The notes beneath the pieces were generated by a model. It did not search any database, had not been told where the DNA came from, and saw only the letters and a program-made list of their open reading frames with translations. A DNA stretch of 64,000 nucleotides, taken from Eledone cirrhosa (lineage: Eukaryota). This document shows positions 10,951 to 23,509 of the stretch, piece after piece. The number at the start of each line of letters is the position of its first letter. The first letter of the stretch is position 1. The stretch covers positions 95,232,001-95,296,000 of the forward strand of contig OZ024744.1 in NCBI GenBank assembly GCA_964016885.1, in the 5' to 3' direction. Both the position numbers and the translations under genes were made by a program.

Positions 10951-11339
10951 ACATAAATATTTACACTAGGTTTATTTTTTAAAACTTTAAATGTTAAAGG
11001 GTTAAATAAATGTTCATTATACTTCACAGTTTTTTCAGTAAAGATGTATATTTTATGTTGCTGGTGCCAATATTCATATTTATTGTGTGATGTTTACAAA
11101 CAATGATTGCTATTCACAGTTGCTTATTATATTAGAGATTGTATCAGTCAATGTCCAACTATGTGTAAGTGCATACGTGTGTATATGTGTGTGATTGTGG
11201 TCAGTTTCCATTTTTCTGTCATATATATCCTTTAACATTATTGAGTATGGAGTGTAGCCTCATGGTTTTAATCATGTTTCACCGCTGTTTATAATAGAAT
11301 TCATATTTTAAAAGGTAATTGTAAAGGATTTATTGACCA

Positions 11340-11960
11340 TAAGCAGACAGTAGGGTGTGTGCATACGAACAGTGATGTTACATGGTAGTGAGACTTGGGT
11401 GCATAGAAGACTTGCAGAGATTAGAAAGAAATGAAGCTTGCATGCTCCAATGGATGTGTAATAGTAATATACGCACACGGCAAAGCATAAACGAACTGAG
11501 AGAGAGACTGAGCATAAGAGGAATCAAAGGCTGTGTGCAGGAGAGGTGGTTGCGTTGGTATGGACATGTGATGCGTATGAAGGATGACAGCTGCATAAAA
11601 AGATGCAGAGCACTAAAAGTTGATGGAAGCCGCGGAGTGGGGAGACCCAAGAAGACCTGGAGCGAGGTGATGAAAGCGGACCTTGCCCAATTGCACCTCT
11701 CAACGGCGATGACACAGGACCGAGACCTCTGGTGTCATGCAGTAATACAGAGTACCCGACTTACCACGGGTACAAGCCGAAGCTGAAGCATATAGACAAT
11801 ATGCCCCCACCCCCTCCCACTGCAAAGTGGTCGTGGAGGTGGCATGGCAAAAAAGCACCCAGCCCACACTGTAAAGTGGACATGTAGGCGCCATGATAAA
11901 AAAACACCCCGCACTCACTGTAAATGAGGTTGGTGTTAGGAAGGGCACCCATGATGATGA
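11340..11960 (+). mobile_element. RTE-clade LINE 3' fragment (ORF2 C-terminus plus repeat-containing 3' UTR)
   Basis: ORF 11382-11786 reads ELRERLSI...RWLRWYGHVMRM...GRPKKTW. The UTR has 48-bp units and an aggaagggca box. Confidence 0.85.
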
Positions 11961-11992
11961 GGATATATATAAATATATAAATATATATATAT

Positions 11993-12343
11993 GGAGGCAC
12001 ATGGCTTAGTGGTTAGAGCATTGGCCTTGCAATCGAAAGGTTGTGAGTTCAATTCTCAGACCAGGTGATGTGTTGTTTCCTTGAGCAAGACACTTTATTT
12101 CACATTGCTCCAGTTTAGTCAGCTGTAGAAATGAGATGATAGGGACTGGGGTCCATATCATTCCACTGCAAAGTGGTCGTGGAGGTGCCACGGCAAAAAA
12201 GCACCCAGCACTCACTGTAAATGAGGTTGGTGTTAGGAAGGGTATCCAGCTGTAGAAATCAAGCCAGAATCAGTTCCCGTCCCACCCTTGCAAGCAGGGA
12301 AAAGCGGACGTAAAATGATGATGATGATGATGATGATGATGAT
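11993..12343 (+). mobile_element. tRNA-derived SINE family B with RTE-type tail
   Basis: Head ggaggcacatggcttagtggttagagc...gagttcaattc, CORE-like middle, tail cccacccttgcaagcagggaaaagcggacgtaaaa(tga)n. Highly similar copies at 20522-20915 and 44323-44660. Confidence 0.85.
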
Positions 12344-12359
12344 ATGGTGTGTGTATGTG

Positions 12360-12545
12360 ATTCAGTGAATTACTGATGGAGGTACCAATATGAGAACTTG
12401 ATGCACAGGCAGAGTGTATATAATAAGAAGCATGATGAAGTTTCATTTACATGTATTTGTTTTTATTCTATATCGAGCTGTTACGTGTGTTTTGCAGATA
12501 ATTGGCTCAATGTCACCCATGGAAGTTATGGACCCAACTTGAGTA
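12360..12545. repeat. Diverged copy of the pLTR-like repeat at 19906-20085
   Basis: Shared ttcagtgaattac...atgcacaggcagagtgtatataata...ctgttac...gttatggacc. Confidence 0.6.
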
Positions 12546-13094
12546 TCAATTTGTGGAAATTCATGACTCATTTTATTCAGAATCCACTGTAATACATATT
12601 TCTGTGGTGTTCGTGATTACGCAATGCAGTCATCATGCAACTAGCCAGATGTCTTCCTCAGACAGCAGCTTAAGTAATAAGGTTGTTATGTAACATTTCC
12701 ATTCCAATATGGGATATAGAAAAGGGAATGGACTGATATGTGTTTGTTCTTTCACATTCTTTCTCCTATGTAACCCTGTGACAAGATTTACTAATGGAAC
12801 TTGAGACATCTCCACCACCCCCTTGTAGAATCCCCACTGTAAGGTCCTACTCTCATCTCATCAGAAAGATCATCCACTGGTAGATAAACTAAAATATATA
12901 CTAAGTCCAGCTGAAGCAACCTGCTTATTGTTGATCACACCTCCATGGAATATCTACTGTTGCTATACTAGGACAGTGACAATAGTAGTGCAAAATATTC
13001 TTCTTCCTTACTCACTTATTCCTGAGAGGGTCGTGGGGGTAGAGTTCTCAAACACTCCTTCCAGTGGGTTGTGCCGGAAGCAACCGTCTCGAAC

Positions 13095-13240
13095 TGATCC
13101 AGCTGGATTCCCAAGTAAGACCAACCAAGCCCCAAGATCGTGGATGTTATCCACCCATGAGTCAACTGACGGTTGGATTTTGCCCGTAAAATCTGTCCAG
13201 CAATTCTTTCTTGAGAAATCATGCAAAATTCTAACTTGTT
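13095..13240. repeat. Unclassified dispersed repeat (second copy at about 22005-22132)
   Basis: Shared aagacca.ccaagc...tggatgttatcc...ttttgcc.gtaaaatctgtccag...attctaact. Confidence 0.55.
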
Positions 13241-13404
13241 AAATCTAATACCAGATATTTCACACCTTATCAGGGCAATCATTATCCTTTAAATCTATCC
13301 TATACCAAAAGGCAGTGCCTACATGGTGCCCTTTAACTACCATAGAATTTATTAATACTTAACATTGCAATTTCCATCTATTATACACTCTCACCACCCA
13401 CTCC

Positions 13405-13605
13405 ACATCCTTCGCCAGTCATTGGGTATGACTCCATCTTGTATTACCTGATTGACTATGTGGGTTATTAGTTCTGCTTCTACTTCTTCCAACACTTTTA
13501 GCATCTTGGCAACTGTCTCTGATGGTCCTGCAGCTTTACCATTCTTCATCTCCTTGATTGCTTCTTTGACCCTATAACTGTCAATTTTATAGTTGATAAA
13601 ATGCA
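13405..13605 (-). mobile_element. RTE-type LINE internal fragment
   Basis: VKEAIKEMKNGKAAGP...IPNDWR, the region preceding the RT domain. Confidence 0.75.
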
Positions 13606-13924
13606 CACAGCCTACTCTGTAAAGCTATAATGCTGGTGCTGTGATAAAACACACAAAGACCACTCTGTACAAAAGTGGCAGCACTGGTTCCACTACACTC
13701 TGTAAAGTGACACTGTTAGTGGAATGATAGAACACACCCAGACCACTCTGTGCAAAAGTGATAGTGCTGGCACCATGATAAAATGAACCCTGTCCACCCC
13801 ACTGGTGCAATGATGAAGTGTACCCAGCCTACTCTCTAAAGTGGTTGGCACTAGGAAGGGTATCCAGCTGTAAAATCCGTCAAAATATGAGATGTATCAC
13901 AGGGTGTCAATACAGCCACCTCAA

Positions 13925-14765
13925 TCAAAATCAAAATTGAATAATGTCACCCTGGAAACTGTGGACAACTTCACCTACCTGGGATCTACAATCAACAACA
14001 CCATGAACTTGACAGGTGGCGGGGGATGTCAAACATCTTCATCGCTAAACTGACTAAAAGGGTGTAAGAAAACAAGGCACTGACAGAACACACCAAGATC
14101 CGAGTCTACCAGGCTTGTGTTCTTAGCACTTTGCTGTATAGAAGTGAAACCTGGAGCACCTACATGAGGCAAGAATGTCGTCTCAATGCCTTCCACATAT
14201 GGTGTCTCAAACGCGGCCTCAGAGTCAGCTGGCAGGATTCTATTCCACATAATTTGATCCTTCAATGTGCCAGGATTTTCAACACGTTTTCCCTGCTGAG
14301 CCAACACCATCTTCATTGGTTAGGACATATTCGGCATACAGAGGATGGAGGTTGCCAAAAGATATGCTGTATGGACAGCTGGCCACCGGCACCAGGCAAG
14401 TGGGTCGTCCATCACTCCGTTTCAGGGATGCATGCAAGAGAGACATGAAAGCCTGCAACATCCTTTCTTCCTGCTGGAAGAAGCAGGCTGGAGACTTTGA
14501 ACCTGGCATCAGACTGTCCACAAGGGCATTGCAGTTGCAGATGTGAAGAGAGGTCAACTTGTGGCTGAAAATTGGGACCGAAAAAAACACATTGCAGACA
14601 TACCAACAGCCCAGGATTCCACATGTATCTGCACCAAGTGGAACAAAAACTGTCACTCATGCATCGGTCTGCACAGTCACAGCAGATGATGCCAGTGACT
14701 AGACATAATTCCAGGTGCATTAAGCATGGTCTTCTGAGATTGAGCTGCCAATGATGATGATGATC
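13925..14765 (+). mobile_element. RTE (BovB-like) LINE 3' fragment, degenerate
   Basis: LETVDNFTYLGST, TKIRVYQACVLSTLLYRSETW, WLGHI, RLPKDMLYGQLATG...GRP; a terminal zinc-finger remnant and (gat)n tail. Confidence 0.85.
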
Positions 14766-15239
14766 ACAGAGACATGACCATCTGACCTGTCTAATTTCAG
14801 AATGTGGCAAACCACAGAACCCATTTCATCATAGAACATGGATGTAAAATGGTTGGAATTATGTGATGATAAACTCCCTATAAAAGTGTCCTTGTTTCCT
14901 CAGAATATTCTATTTCATTCCAATCATTGTATTCTTCTCTGAAACTTCTTTTTCTTCTGGCTTTTCACTTCCACAAGATAAATAAGAAATCAAAGTGCCA
15001 CAACACATAAGTTATCACTATAAGATAGTTGTGAATAAATCAGTGGTATAACCTCTTGATGTGGAAAAAGTGGATACTGTTGTGGTCAGTAAACATTATA
15101 GAGTGAAATTGGTTGAGTTTGATTGAGTTTGTATGTTGTGGAGAGAAGAAGAATCTAATATCTCAGGACTGTCCCTGGTGTATGTTCTGAATATTTCATC
15201 TGATACTGCACACCATATAAACTTATCATCTTAATTCCC

Positions 15240-15597
15240 CAACTAACCTCTAGATGTATATCCTACCTCCCCTCACACCAACTTACCTCTAGATGTACGT
15301 CCTACCTCTCCTCACACCAACTTACCTCTGGATGTATGGTCTACCTCACATCACACAAACTTATCTAAACTCACAACCTCCATCTAGATGTATGTTCTAC
15401 TTCACATCACACCAACCTCCCTCTAGATCTAGATCCTACCTCACATCACACAAACTTATCATTTAAAGCCACAAACTTCACTCTAGATGTATGTTCTACC
15501 TCACATCACACCAACCTCCCTCTAGATCTATATCCTACCTCACATCACACAAACTTATCATTTAAAGCCACAAACTTCACTCTAGATGTATGTTCTT
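15240..15597. repeat. Minisatellite of about 39-bp units with a ~102-bp superunit
   Basis: Repeated ctctagatgtat.t.ctacctc.catcacac.aac. Confidence 0.75.
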
Positions 15598-16054
15598 AAT
15601 ATTCCATTAGATATTCCACATACTTAACATATTAATCCTACATCTTTATTAAAACTACTTTTTCTTGTTGTGACATGTGAAAAGACAGTGATCTTCTGCT
15701 GTAAATGGAAGGCCTCCATTTCAATTGTCTTACAGTAAGGTTTATCTATTAATGAGTTCTTTCCATTGAAGAGCTTATTCTGTGCCATTCTGTTTTCATT
15801 GTCTCTTGATGTTTTATTTTGTAAGTTTCTTGGATTTTCTTGATGTTTTCTAATGTCTCTTCTTAAGCTTATATTTATTTCTATTAAATAAAGAATCATT
15901 TCTCGTGTCTTTGTAATGATGACTAGAAAATACAGATTTGCATTGTTTTTGTTTCGTTTTGTTTTTGCTTTTGTAGATAAAACCAATGTGTCTTTGAGTA
16001 GTTCCATGGTTTTGTAATTCATTTTGTTTTCCCTTTGTTTCTGGTGTATAATAA

Positions 16055-16236
16055 TTGTTTCTACTTTTGGCACAAGGCCAGCAATTACCCAGTGTATTAC
16101 TGGTACTTTATTTTATCGACCCCGTAAGGATGAAAGGCAAAGTTAACCTTGGCGGGATTTGAACTCAGACTGTAAAGGGATGTAACTATGCTAGAAAGCA
16201 TGGTGTCTGACGCTCTACCGATTCTGCCAATCTACC
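16055..16236 (-). mobile_element. SINE family A
   Basis: Colinear with 6935-7118; flanked by ataataat. Confidence 0.8.
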
Positions 16237-16519
16237 ATAATAATATTTTCTAATCATATCTGCAATGCTTTATAGGAATGATGTATCACCCCAAGTATTT
16301 GACACGTATTCTATTTTCAGTATGTATATTTATTCATCAACCTTTATCTTCTATTATTATTTTCCATTGAGTATGGTGGGTCCCAGTTCCTTACATTCTG
16401 AGTTCAAATTCTGCTAAGGTTGATGAAGTAGATTGCCAGTAAAGTATTGGGGGGTTGGTATAATCGACTTTCCCATCCCCATAAATTGCAAACCATGTTC
16501 CTGAATTCATCACCAACAT

Positions 16520-16521
16520 CG

Positions 16522-16559
<38 letters not shown>

Positions 16560-16758
16560 GTTTAACGCCCATCTTCCACGCCACCATGGGTTGGTCAGTT
16601 TTGTCCCACTTGAGGCGAGATTGGTCAGGCGATTGTGTCTCACTCATACAGAACTGTTTTTGATAGCTTTTCTACGGCTGGAAGCCCTTCCTAACACCAA
16701 CCACATTTACAGTGTAGACTGGGTGCTGTTTTTTTGTGTCACCTACACGACCACTTTA
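16520..16758 (-). mobile_element. RTE 3' UTR / SINE B-type fragment with (GAT)n tail (similar copies at 17205-17372 and 20245-20483)
   Basis: (cat)n-cgtttaacg.ccatcttccacg...gcccttcctaacaccaaccacatttaca. Confidence 0.75.
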
Positions 16759-16774
16759 ATATTTGCAATGCTTT

Positions 16775-16970
16775 TTATCAAGTCTTCCAATGCTAAGGGG
16801 CTTTAGGGGCTTAATCCCCTCCAATAATGTGGAAACTTGTTGAATGATCTTGGTTTTTACTGCATTGATTTTCTATTGACTCTAAATATGTTAGTATGAT
16901 CATGTTTTTAATTTCTTTCTTAGTCTCGTATTGGTGATAAAAAAAGCATGAGCTAAGAAGAATAATACGC
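16775..16970. repeat. Unclassified dispersed repeat (second copy at about 37105-37345)
   Basis: Shared caataatgtggaaacttgttgaatgatcttg and ttttctattgactctaaatatgttagtat. Confidence 0.65.
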
Positions 16971-17719
16971 AGCCCTTCCATCGCCACGCCCTAGGCACAG
17001 AGTCCAATCCAACTCCTCCTCCCCCTCTCCCACTCTTCCATGACACTAGAGTCCTTGCCATTCCTTTCCCTTCCCGTCTTTTCTTTCTTATTCTCTTTTT
17101 TCTCTATATTTTCTTATTTTACATCCCATTCTTCTCGATCTAAATCATCTCTTTTTTTCTTTTTCTATTAAACTGTTTTTACATGATGATGATGACGATG
17201 ATCAACATCATCATCATCGTTTAACGTCCATCTTCCACGCTAGCATGGGTTGGATGGGTTTGTCCCACTTGAGACAAGATTGGTCGGGTGACCGTGTCTC
17301 GCTCGTACAGAACTGTTTCTGGCAGGTTTTCTACAGCTGGATGCCCTTCCTAACACCAACCACATTTACAAGGGTATATTCCATAAATATGTAAACTAAA
17401 AATATCACACATGTACAGTATATATACTTCAATACCCAAACTGAAAATCATCCCCAAGTACTTGACTGGTATTTTATTTTATTGGCTGTGGAAGGAAGGA
17501 TGAAAATCAAAATTTCACTTGGGCATGATTTGAACTCAGAACATAAGGGGCCATAACTAAATACAGCAGGCATTTGTGTGATGTTCTAATAATTTTACCT
17601 GGACATCACCGTGTTAGTTGTAATGTTTTAAAAAGTCCTCTTTTGTTCTTTTATGTTGAATTTGATAATTTTGAGGGTTTTTAATCAAAATTGAACTTTC
17701 TTATCTTGTTACTAAGATC

Positions 17720-19640
17720 CTGTAGGGACTGTCTTCATTTATTTTTGTTTACGTCCTTATCATTCCGCCTTCTGGATAAATAACTCTTCAATACAGTCAA
17801 TGACATGGTTAAAGAGTGCTGGAGAGAGGACACAGCCTTGTTGGAAACCTCAACAAATCTCAAAGAGATCAATCAGATACTTTGCTGCTGTAACATCAAA
17901 CTTTTGCTCATGTAGAGTTGTTGTATGCTCTTATAAGGTTTAGCAGCTTCACTGGTAGCCAGTCTGTGGTCATGATGTCCTAGGTTGTGCCCAAGTGACA
18001 GAATCAAAAAGCTACTACAAAGTTGGCAGGTTACCGTTTATTGCTACTTCTCAAAGATTTGATCTATACAACCTCGGACTTTTTGAAAAAAATACATTGA
18101 TTTGGTTGAGTGAAGTAATCAAGTTCGTGTTGAAACTTTTGTAGAAGAATGGTGAATATATGGGCAGTAATATCTATTAAACTAATGTCCAGCTAATTAC
18201 TGCAACAGAACCTATAAGCCTTCTTGAAGAAAAGTGACAAAAGATTTCATCACTTCAGTTTTGTGGAGAAGATTCTGTCTCCCAGATGTATGATGTCCCT
18301 CAGTACAGCTAGAGGGTTAAAACATCAGAACAGTTCTAGGAAGATTTTTAACAGATAAACCATCTTCACCTGGTGCTTTGTTATTCTTTTAGTTTCTGGA
18401 TATCTTCTCACACTTCCATGACAGTCGGTACATCCAAGTGGTGTCTGTGGACTAGGTACAGTCAAGCTACTTGGTAGATGGGTCATGACTTATGTACATT
18501 TATAAAATAGTCACACCAATAGCTGAGATGACCATCTACATTGAAGATAACTGTAAGTTGGGTATCAAGGATTGTTTCACTTGTGGGTAAACAGCCTTTT
18601 CATGGTCAACAGAAGCTGCATGCTCCATATTTAGAACAATGGTGCAGCTATATTCATTGCAATCTTTGTGTACAGAACAGACCACCTGCTTTTTGAGAAC
18701 CTGAAAATTAGTGGCATCTCTGTTTCACACACATTTACACCTTTCAGTAAGTTTTATAATACTACCTGGGACTCAATCTTTTTGTCTATACTTAAGTCAT
18801 TCCCTCTTGTAGGTCGTGTTTGAGGTTGGTTGTGTCACTCATTTTTTACTATGAGTTTAGTTTGTTCCATCATGTACAAGTCATCAAAATGGTTACACAG
18901 TTTTAGTTGAAAGTATATGGTGGTGTCAATGCATTTCAGCTTCCCAATATCATAACTTAGAGATCTCTTAGACGGTTTGTTGGCTTTGAAATGTATACAT
19001 GCTTTCACCTGTATCAGAGTATAATCCAAGGCATTCTTGCTGGATGTTTCAGAATTTTGATAAGATTGGCTGTCAAGTACCCAACTCTCGCAAGTGAGAT
19101 CAAACATTATTATCATTATCATCATTTTATGTCTACTTTTCCTTGCTTGCAAGGGTGGGACAGGTCCTTTTTAGCTCAGCATCTCTCCATTTGTCATGGT
19201 CCTTCGTCATTTCCTCTGTGAGCTTCAGCGATTTGAGGTCAGCTCTCACCACCTCTGTCCATGATTTTCGTGGTCTTCCTCTACTGCGTCTTCCTTCCAC
19301 TGGGATTTCTTGGCACTTCTTTACCCAGCGGTCATCAACCATGCACATCACATGTCCAGACCAACGCAGTCTTCTCTCCCGCACACTACAGTTTATTCCT
19401 CTTATACACAGTTTCTCTGTCAACTTGTCTATGCTTGGTTGTTCACAAGGGAATTAATCAGTCTGATTGGCTGTGAAGCCATTGAATACCATGTGATCAG
19501 GTATTTTGCGAGTGTTTAAACCAGGTGTTCACTATCGCCAACTGGTTCACTGTAGCAGAGGTTACTTATCATTCACCATTGGTAAAACAATCACAGACTG
19601 AATTTAGTTAGGACCTATCTGTTGCATTATCCTTCTCACT
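17720..19640 (-). mobile_element. Old RTE-clade LINE ORF2 remnant (endonuclease end to RT), interrupted at 19105-19440
   Basis: Minus-strand motifs in the expected order: NTWF...ITWY...NQTDY, FQLKLCNHF, KAPGEDGL, AFDSV, QGCVLSPALFN. Many stops. Confidence 0.75.
19105..19440 (-). mobile_element. Younger RTE LINE 3' fragment with short tail, nested in the older RTE (relative at 37370-37690)
   Basis: ERRLRWSGHVMCM...GRPRKSW; tail cccacccttgcaagcaaggaaaagtagacataaaa(tga)n. Confidence 0.85.
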
Positions 19641-19689
19641 GGGGGAAAAAAGCTGCACCATATATATATGTGTGTGTATATATATATAT

Positions 19690-19905
19690 AGGAACGATCG
19701 ACTTTCGTCAAATCGGACCGAGGGAACAATGTTTCCGTTGGTCTTTCCAATTGCTAATACTATCTATCGGTCGCAACTCCAGATAGAAGGAGCAACGTGA
19801 AATAAAGTGTCTTGCTCAAGGACATAACGCATCGCCTGGTCCAGGAATCGAACTCACAACCTTACGATTGCGAATCCAATTCTCTAACCACTCAGCCACA
19901 CGCTG
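19690..19905 (-). mobile_element. tRNA-derived SINE with family-B head but a different tail ending in (TA)n
   Basis: tggctgagtggttagag...gttcgattcc head, cttgagcaagacactttatttcac middle, distinct 3' half. Confidence 0.75.
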
Positions 19906-19969
19906 GTTCAGTGAATTACGGGTGTTGGTACCAAAGCAAGCACTTTATGCACAAGCAGAGTGTATATAA

Positions 19970-20240
19970 TAGAAAAGAACGAGGAAGTTTTGTTTACATA
20001 TAAAAGATATCTGTTGTGTATCAACCTGTTACATGCATTTCGCAGAGGATTGGCTGAAGGTGACCCATAGGAGTTATGGACCTGACTCCACTGTTGATCT
20101 TCTCTTCAGACTGGTGATGTGTCAAAAAATACAGAACTCCTATGGATGACCTTGAGCCAATCCTCTGCGAAATATGCATAACAGTTTGATACACAATAAA
20201 TATCTTTTATATGTAAATGAAACTTTCTCATTTTTTTTCT
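19970..20240. mobile_element. Diverged inverted repeat, Penelope-like pLTR pair
   Basis: About 19985-20075 mirrors 20136-20228 (tttacatataaaagatat / atatcttttatatgtaaa; tttcgcagaggattggct / agccaatcctctgcgaaa). Confidence 0.65.
20025..20114 (-). ncRNA. Degenerate type I hammerhead with long stem II
   Basis: The minus strand reads ccagt-CTGAAGA-gaaga...tctgc-GAAAT-gcat-GTA-acagg, with single mismatches in stems I and II. Confidence 0.5.
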
Positions 20241-20486
20241 TTTTCATCATCATCATCATCATCATCATCATTGTTTAACTTATACCTTCCACACTAGCAT
20301 GGGTTAGACAGGAATTATCCCGCTTGAGTCAAGATTGATCGGCTGACCATGTCTCACTCGTATATGACTGTATGTGGCAGGTTTTCTACGGCTGGATGCC
20401 CTTCCTAACACCAACCACATTTACAGTGTGGACTGGGAGCCTTTTTATCGTGTCTCCTACATGACCACATTACAGCGTGGACTATA

Positions 20487-20521
<35 letters not shown>

Positions 20522-20522
<1 letters not shown>

Positions 20523-20915
20523 TCATCATCATCATCATCATCATTTTACGTCCACTTTTCCCTGCTTGCAAGGGTGGGATGGGAACTGATTCTGGCTTGA
20601 TTTCTACAGCTGGATGCCCTTCCTAACACCAATGTCATTTACAGTGAGTGCTGGGTGCTTTTTTTACGTGGCGCCTACACTTCCACTTTACAGTGAGTGC
20701 TGGGTGCTTTTTTGCCGTGGCACCTCCACAACCACTTTACAGTGGAATGATAAGGACCCCAGTCCCTATCATCTCATTTCTACAGCTGAGTAAACTGGAG
20801 CAATGTGAAATAAAGTGTCTTGCTCAAGGAAACAACACATCACCTTGTCTGAGAATTGAACTCACAACCTTTCGATTGCAAGGCCAATGCTCTAACCACT
20901 GAGCCATGTGCCTGT
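20522..20915 (-). mobile_element. SINE family B
   Basis: Reverse complement of 11993-12343 with one extra 48-bp unit. Confidence 0.85.
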
Positions 20916-21383
20916 ATATATATATATATAAAACACTGACATATGCCATTTTTTGATAAACTGCTATGTTTTTTATTCGCATAAACTACTCTCTCCTTTG
21001 TTCTCTTCCTGTTCACTTTCTATCTCCCCCTTTCACTCGGCTCCTCTCTTCCATTGTCTCCTTGTTTCCTCTCCCTATCATTCTCCTGTCTACATCCTTT
21101 GTGGTATTTGGTTCATCCTTCGGTCTCTCAGCCATGGTAGGCAGCAATACCTGCTGAGGTCCATTTGTCTTTCATTCTTTCAGGGCCGATAAAATAACAT
21201 GCCAGTTAAGTACTGAGGTTGATATTATCAGCTTTCAATCCACCCCAAATCGCTGGCTTTGTGCCAATGTTAGAAAGAATTATTTTAGAAATTACTAGTC
21301 TTTCATTAAATACGTGTTTGTGTTTGTGTGCATGTGCGTGTGTGTGTGGGTGTGTGTCTGTGTGTCTGTGTGTGTGTGGGTGT

Positions 21384-21436
<53 letters not shown>

Positions 21437-21614
21437 CCTAGGCCTATGCCCCCGAGAGGAACTTTTTAAGTGTGTATATATGGTCAACATTTATTGGTTG
21501 TGGCTTTAACAAGGTAGAATGGTGGAGGAAGACAAAAGTCACAACATGAACTTTGTTATGAAGGGACAGAAATTAATTTATTAGTAATATCAACCATTAA
21601 ATTGTACCATGAGT

Positions 21615-21795
21615 AGGGCAGTGGATTGGCAGAAACGGTAGAGCATCGGACAAAATGCTTTGCTAATATTTAGTTATGGCCTTGTATGTTCTGATTTCGA
21701 ATCCCGCCAAGGCTGATAAATAAAGCACCAGTAATGCACTTTTCCCTCCTCTTGACATTGCCGACCTTGTGCCTAAAGTAGAAACAATTATAATT
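21615..21795 (+). mobile_element. SINE family A (a more degenerate copy at about 21140-21285)
   Basis: gggcagtggattggcagaaacggtagag head; ccttgtgcctaaagtagaaacaatta tail. Confidence 0.7.
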
Positions 21796-22179
21796 AACCA
21801 TGTGTATATATATATACGTGTGCATATATATATATCTATATATATAATTGTTATTTTGATCAATACACAAAATATCGATCGTATTATCTGGCAAATGTAA
21901 AGGCTAACAGGAGTGCTAAAAATAGCTCATCGTTAGGTTCTTAAGCCAGCTCAACTAAATTAGAATCAAACATTTTTTTTAGGAGCAGATATACAGTAAT
22001 ACATCAGCAAGACCAGCCAAGCTCATGGATGTTATCCCACCATCTTGCTCAATGTCTACCCTAGGATCTCCTGCCAGTTGGTTTTGCCTGTAAAATCTGT
22101 CCAGGGATTCTTTCCTGAGCCATTCTAACTGTATTATCGGAGCTGTGATCTTTAAATTCAGAGAATAAATAGAAATAAT

Positions 22180-22455
22180 TGTTTCTACGTTTGGCACAAG
22201 GCCAGCAATTACCCAGTGCATTACTGGTACTTTATTTTATCGACCCCGTAAAGATGAAAGGCAAAGTTAATAGAAATAATTGTTTCTACTTTTTGGCACA
22301 AGGCCAGCAATTATCCCAGTACATTATTCGTACTTTATTTTATCGACCCCGTAAGGATGAAAGGCAAAGTTAACCTCGGCGGGAATTGAACTCAGATCGT
22401 AAAGGGACGTAACTATGCTGGAAAGCTTAATCCAACCCTCTACCGATACTGCCAA
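22180..22455 (-). mobile_element. Two tandem SINE family A copies sharing one target site
   Basis: aatagaaataat occurs three times, at about 22168, 22270 and 22457, bounding both copies. Confidence 0.8.
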
Positions 22456-23059
22456 TAATAGAAATAATAAATGGATTTAAACTATGAATGTCGGGTGAAG
22501 GGTATAAAGTTTGTACATTGTATTTTTTTTATTATCATTCTACATCGTAATTCTAGTTGTAATATTTTAGTACATTTTTACAACATAAAGAAGTGTGAAA
22601 ATAAATTTTCTTTATTTTCTACATTGTATTTTTCGTTGAAATATTTAGTACATTTTTACAACAAAAGAAAGTAAAAATATATTTATTTTATTCATCATAA
22701 AATTTATTAAAATTGTAAATTTTTTTAGAAAAGAGTTGCCATTGTTGATGTAGAAGTGACTGTCATCTTGTTAACATTTGTGGAGATGTTTGTGGTTTAA
22801 ATTAAGGGCCACTGCAGCAATAGAACTCCACTAGCCAGTAACCCGAGCTGACCCTTAACCTTATAAGATGCAGGGGGATTTTCTGGAATATTTTTGTGAG
22901 GAAAAAAGGACATCTTATAAGCCATCAAATATGATATATGTAAAGAAAGATGAACATTTTGACAAAGTAAAATTGCTACAAGTATTTCAGTTGAAATAGA
23001 AACTTGAATACAAATTTTGGTAAAACTGGAACTGTTAGATGGAATAGCATGGACCTCCG

Positions 23060-23500
23060 TTGGTTTTTGACAGTGGGTGTTCCAGTTCTTTGATCAATGA
23101 GACATTCTGCTTGTGAGATTAATGTGTAAGTGGCTGAGCATACCACAGACACTGTATAGCCTTCATGTAAATCTTTGGGAAGATTTAGCAAGACTGAGAG
23201 TGTGTGGCACGGTTGGCTCTTTGAATTACAAGAACAGTCCATGTTGTATTATAGTCTAAGTAGCTGAATATTCCACAGACATGTATACCCTTAATGTATT
23301 TCTCAGGGAGATTCAGTGTGACACAGTGTGTGACAAATCTGATTCTTTGAATTACAGGTACAGTATATGTTGTATTGTAGTGTAAGTGGTTGAGTATTCC
23401 TCATACTTTGTGTACTCTTAATGTAATTCTCAGGGTGATTCAGTATGACATAGTGTATGTGACATAGTTGGCCCTGTAAATTACAGATACAGTCCATCTG
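23060..23500. repeat. Three degenerate tandem units of about 130 bp, probably a SINE body
   Basis: Repeated gtggctgag.at.ccacagac...gattcag...ctttgaattaca. Confidence 0.6.
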
Positions 23501-23509
23501 ATGACTCCC

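Noticed and set aside
11993-12065. tRNA genes (also about 19830-19905, 20840-20915, 38185-38385, 44323-44395)
   Set aside because: A/B boxes are present but there is no proper cloverleaf, and each runs into a SINE body.
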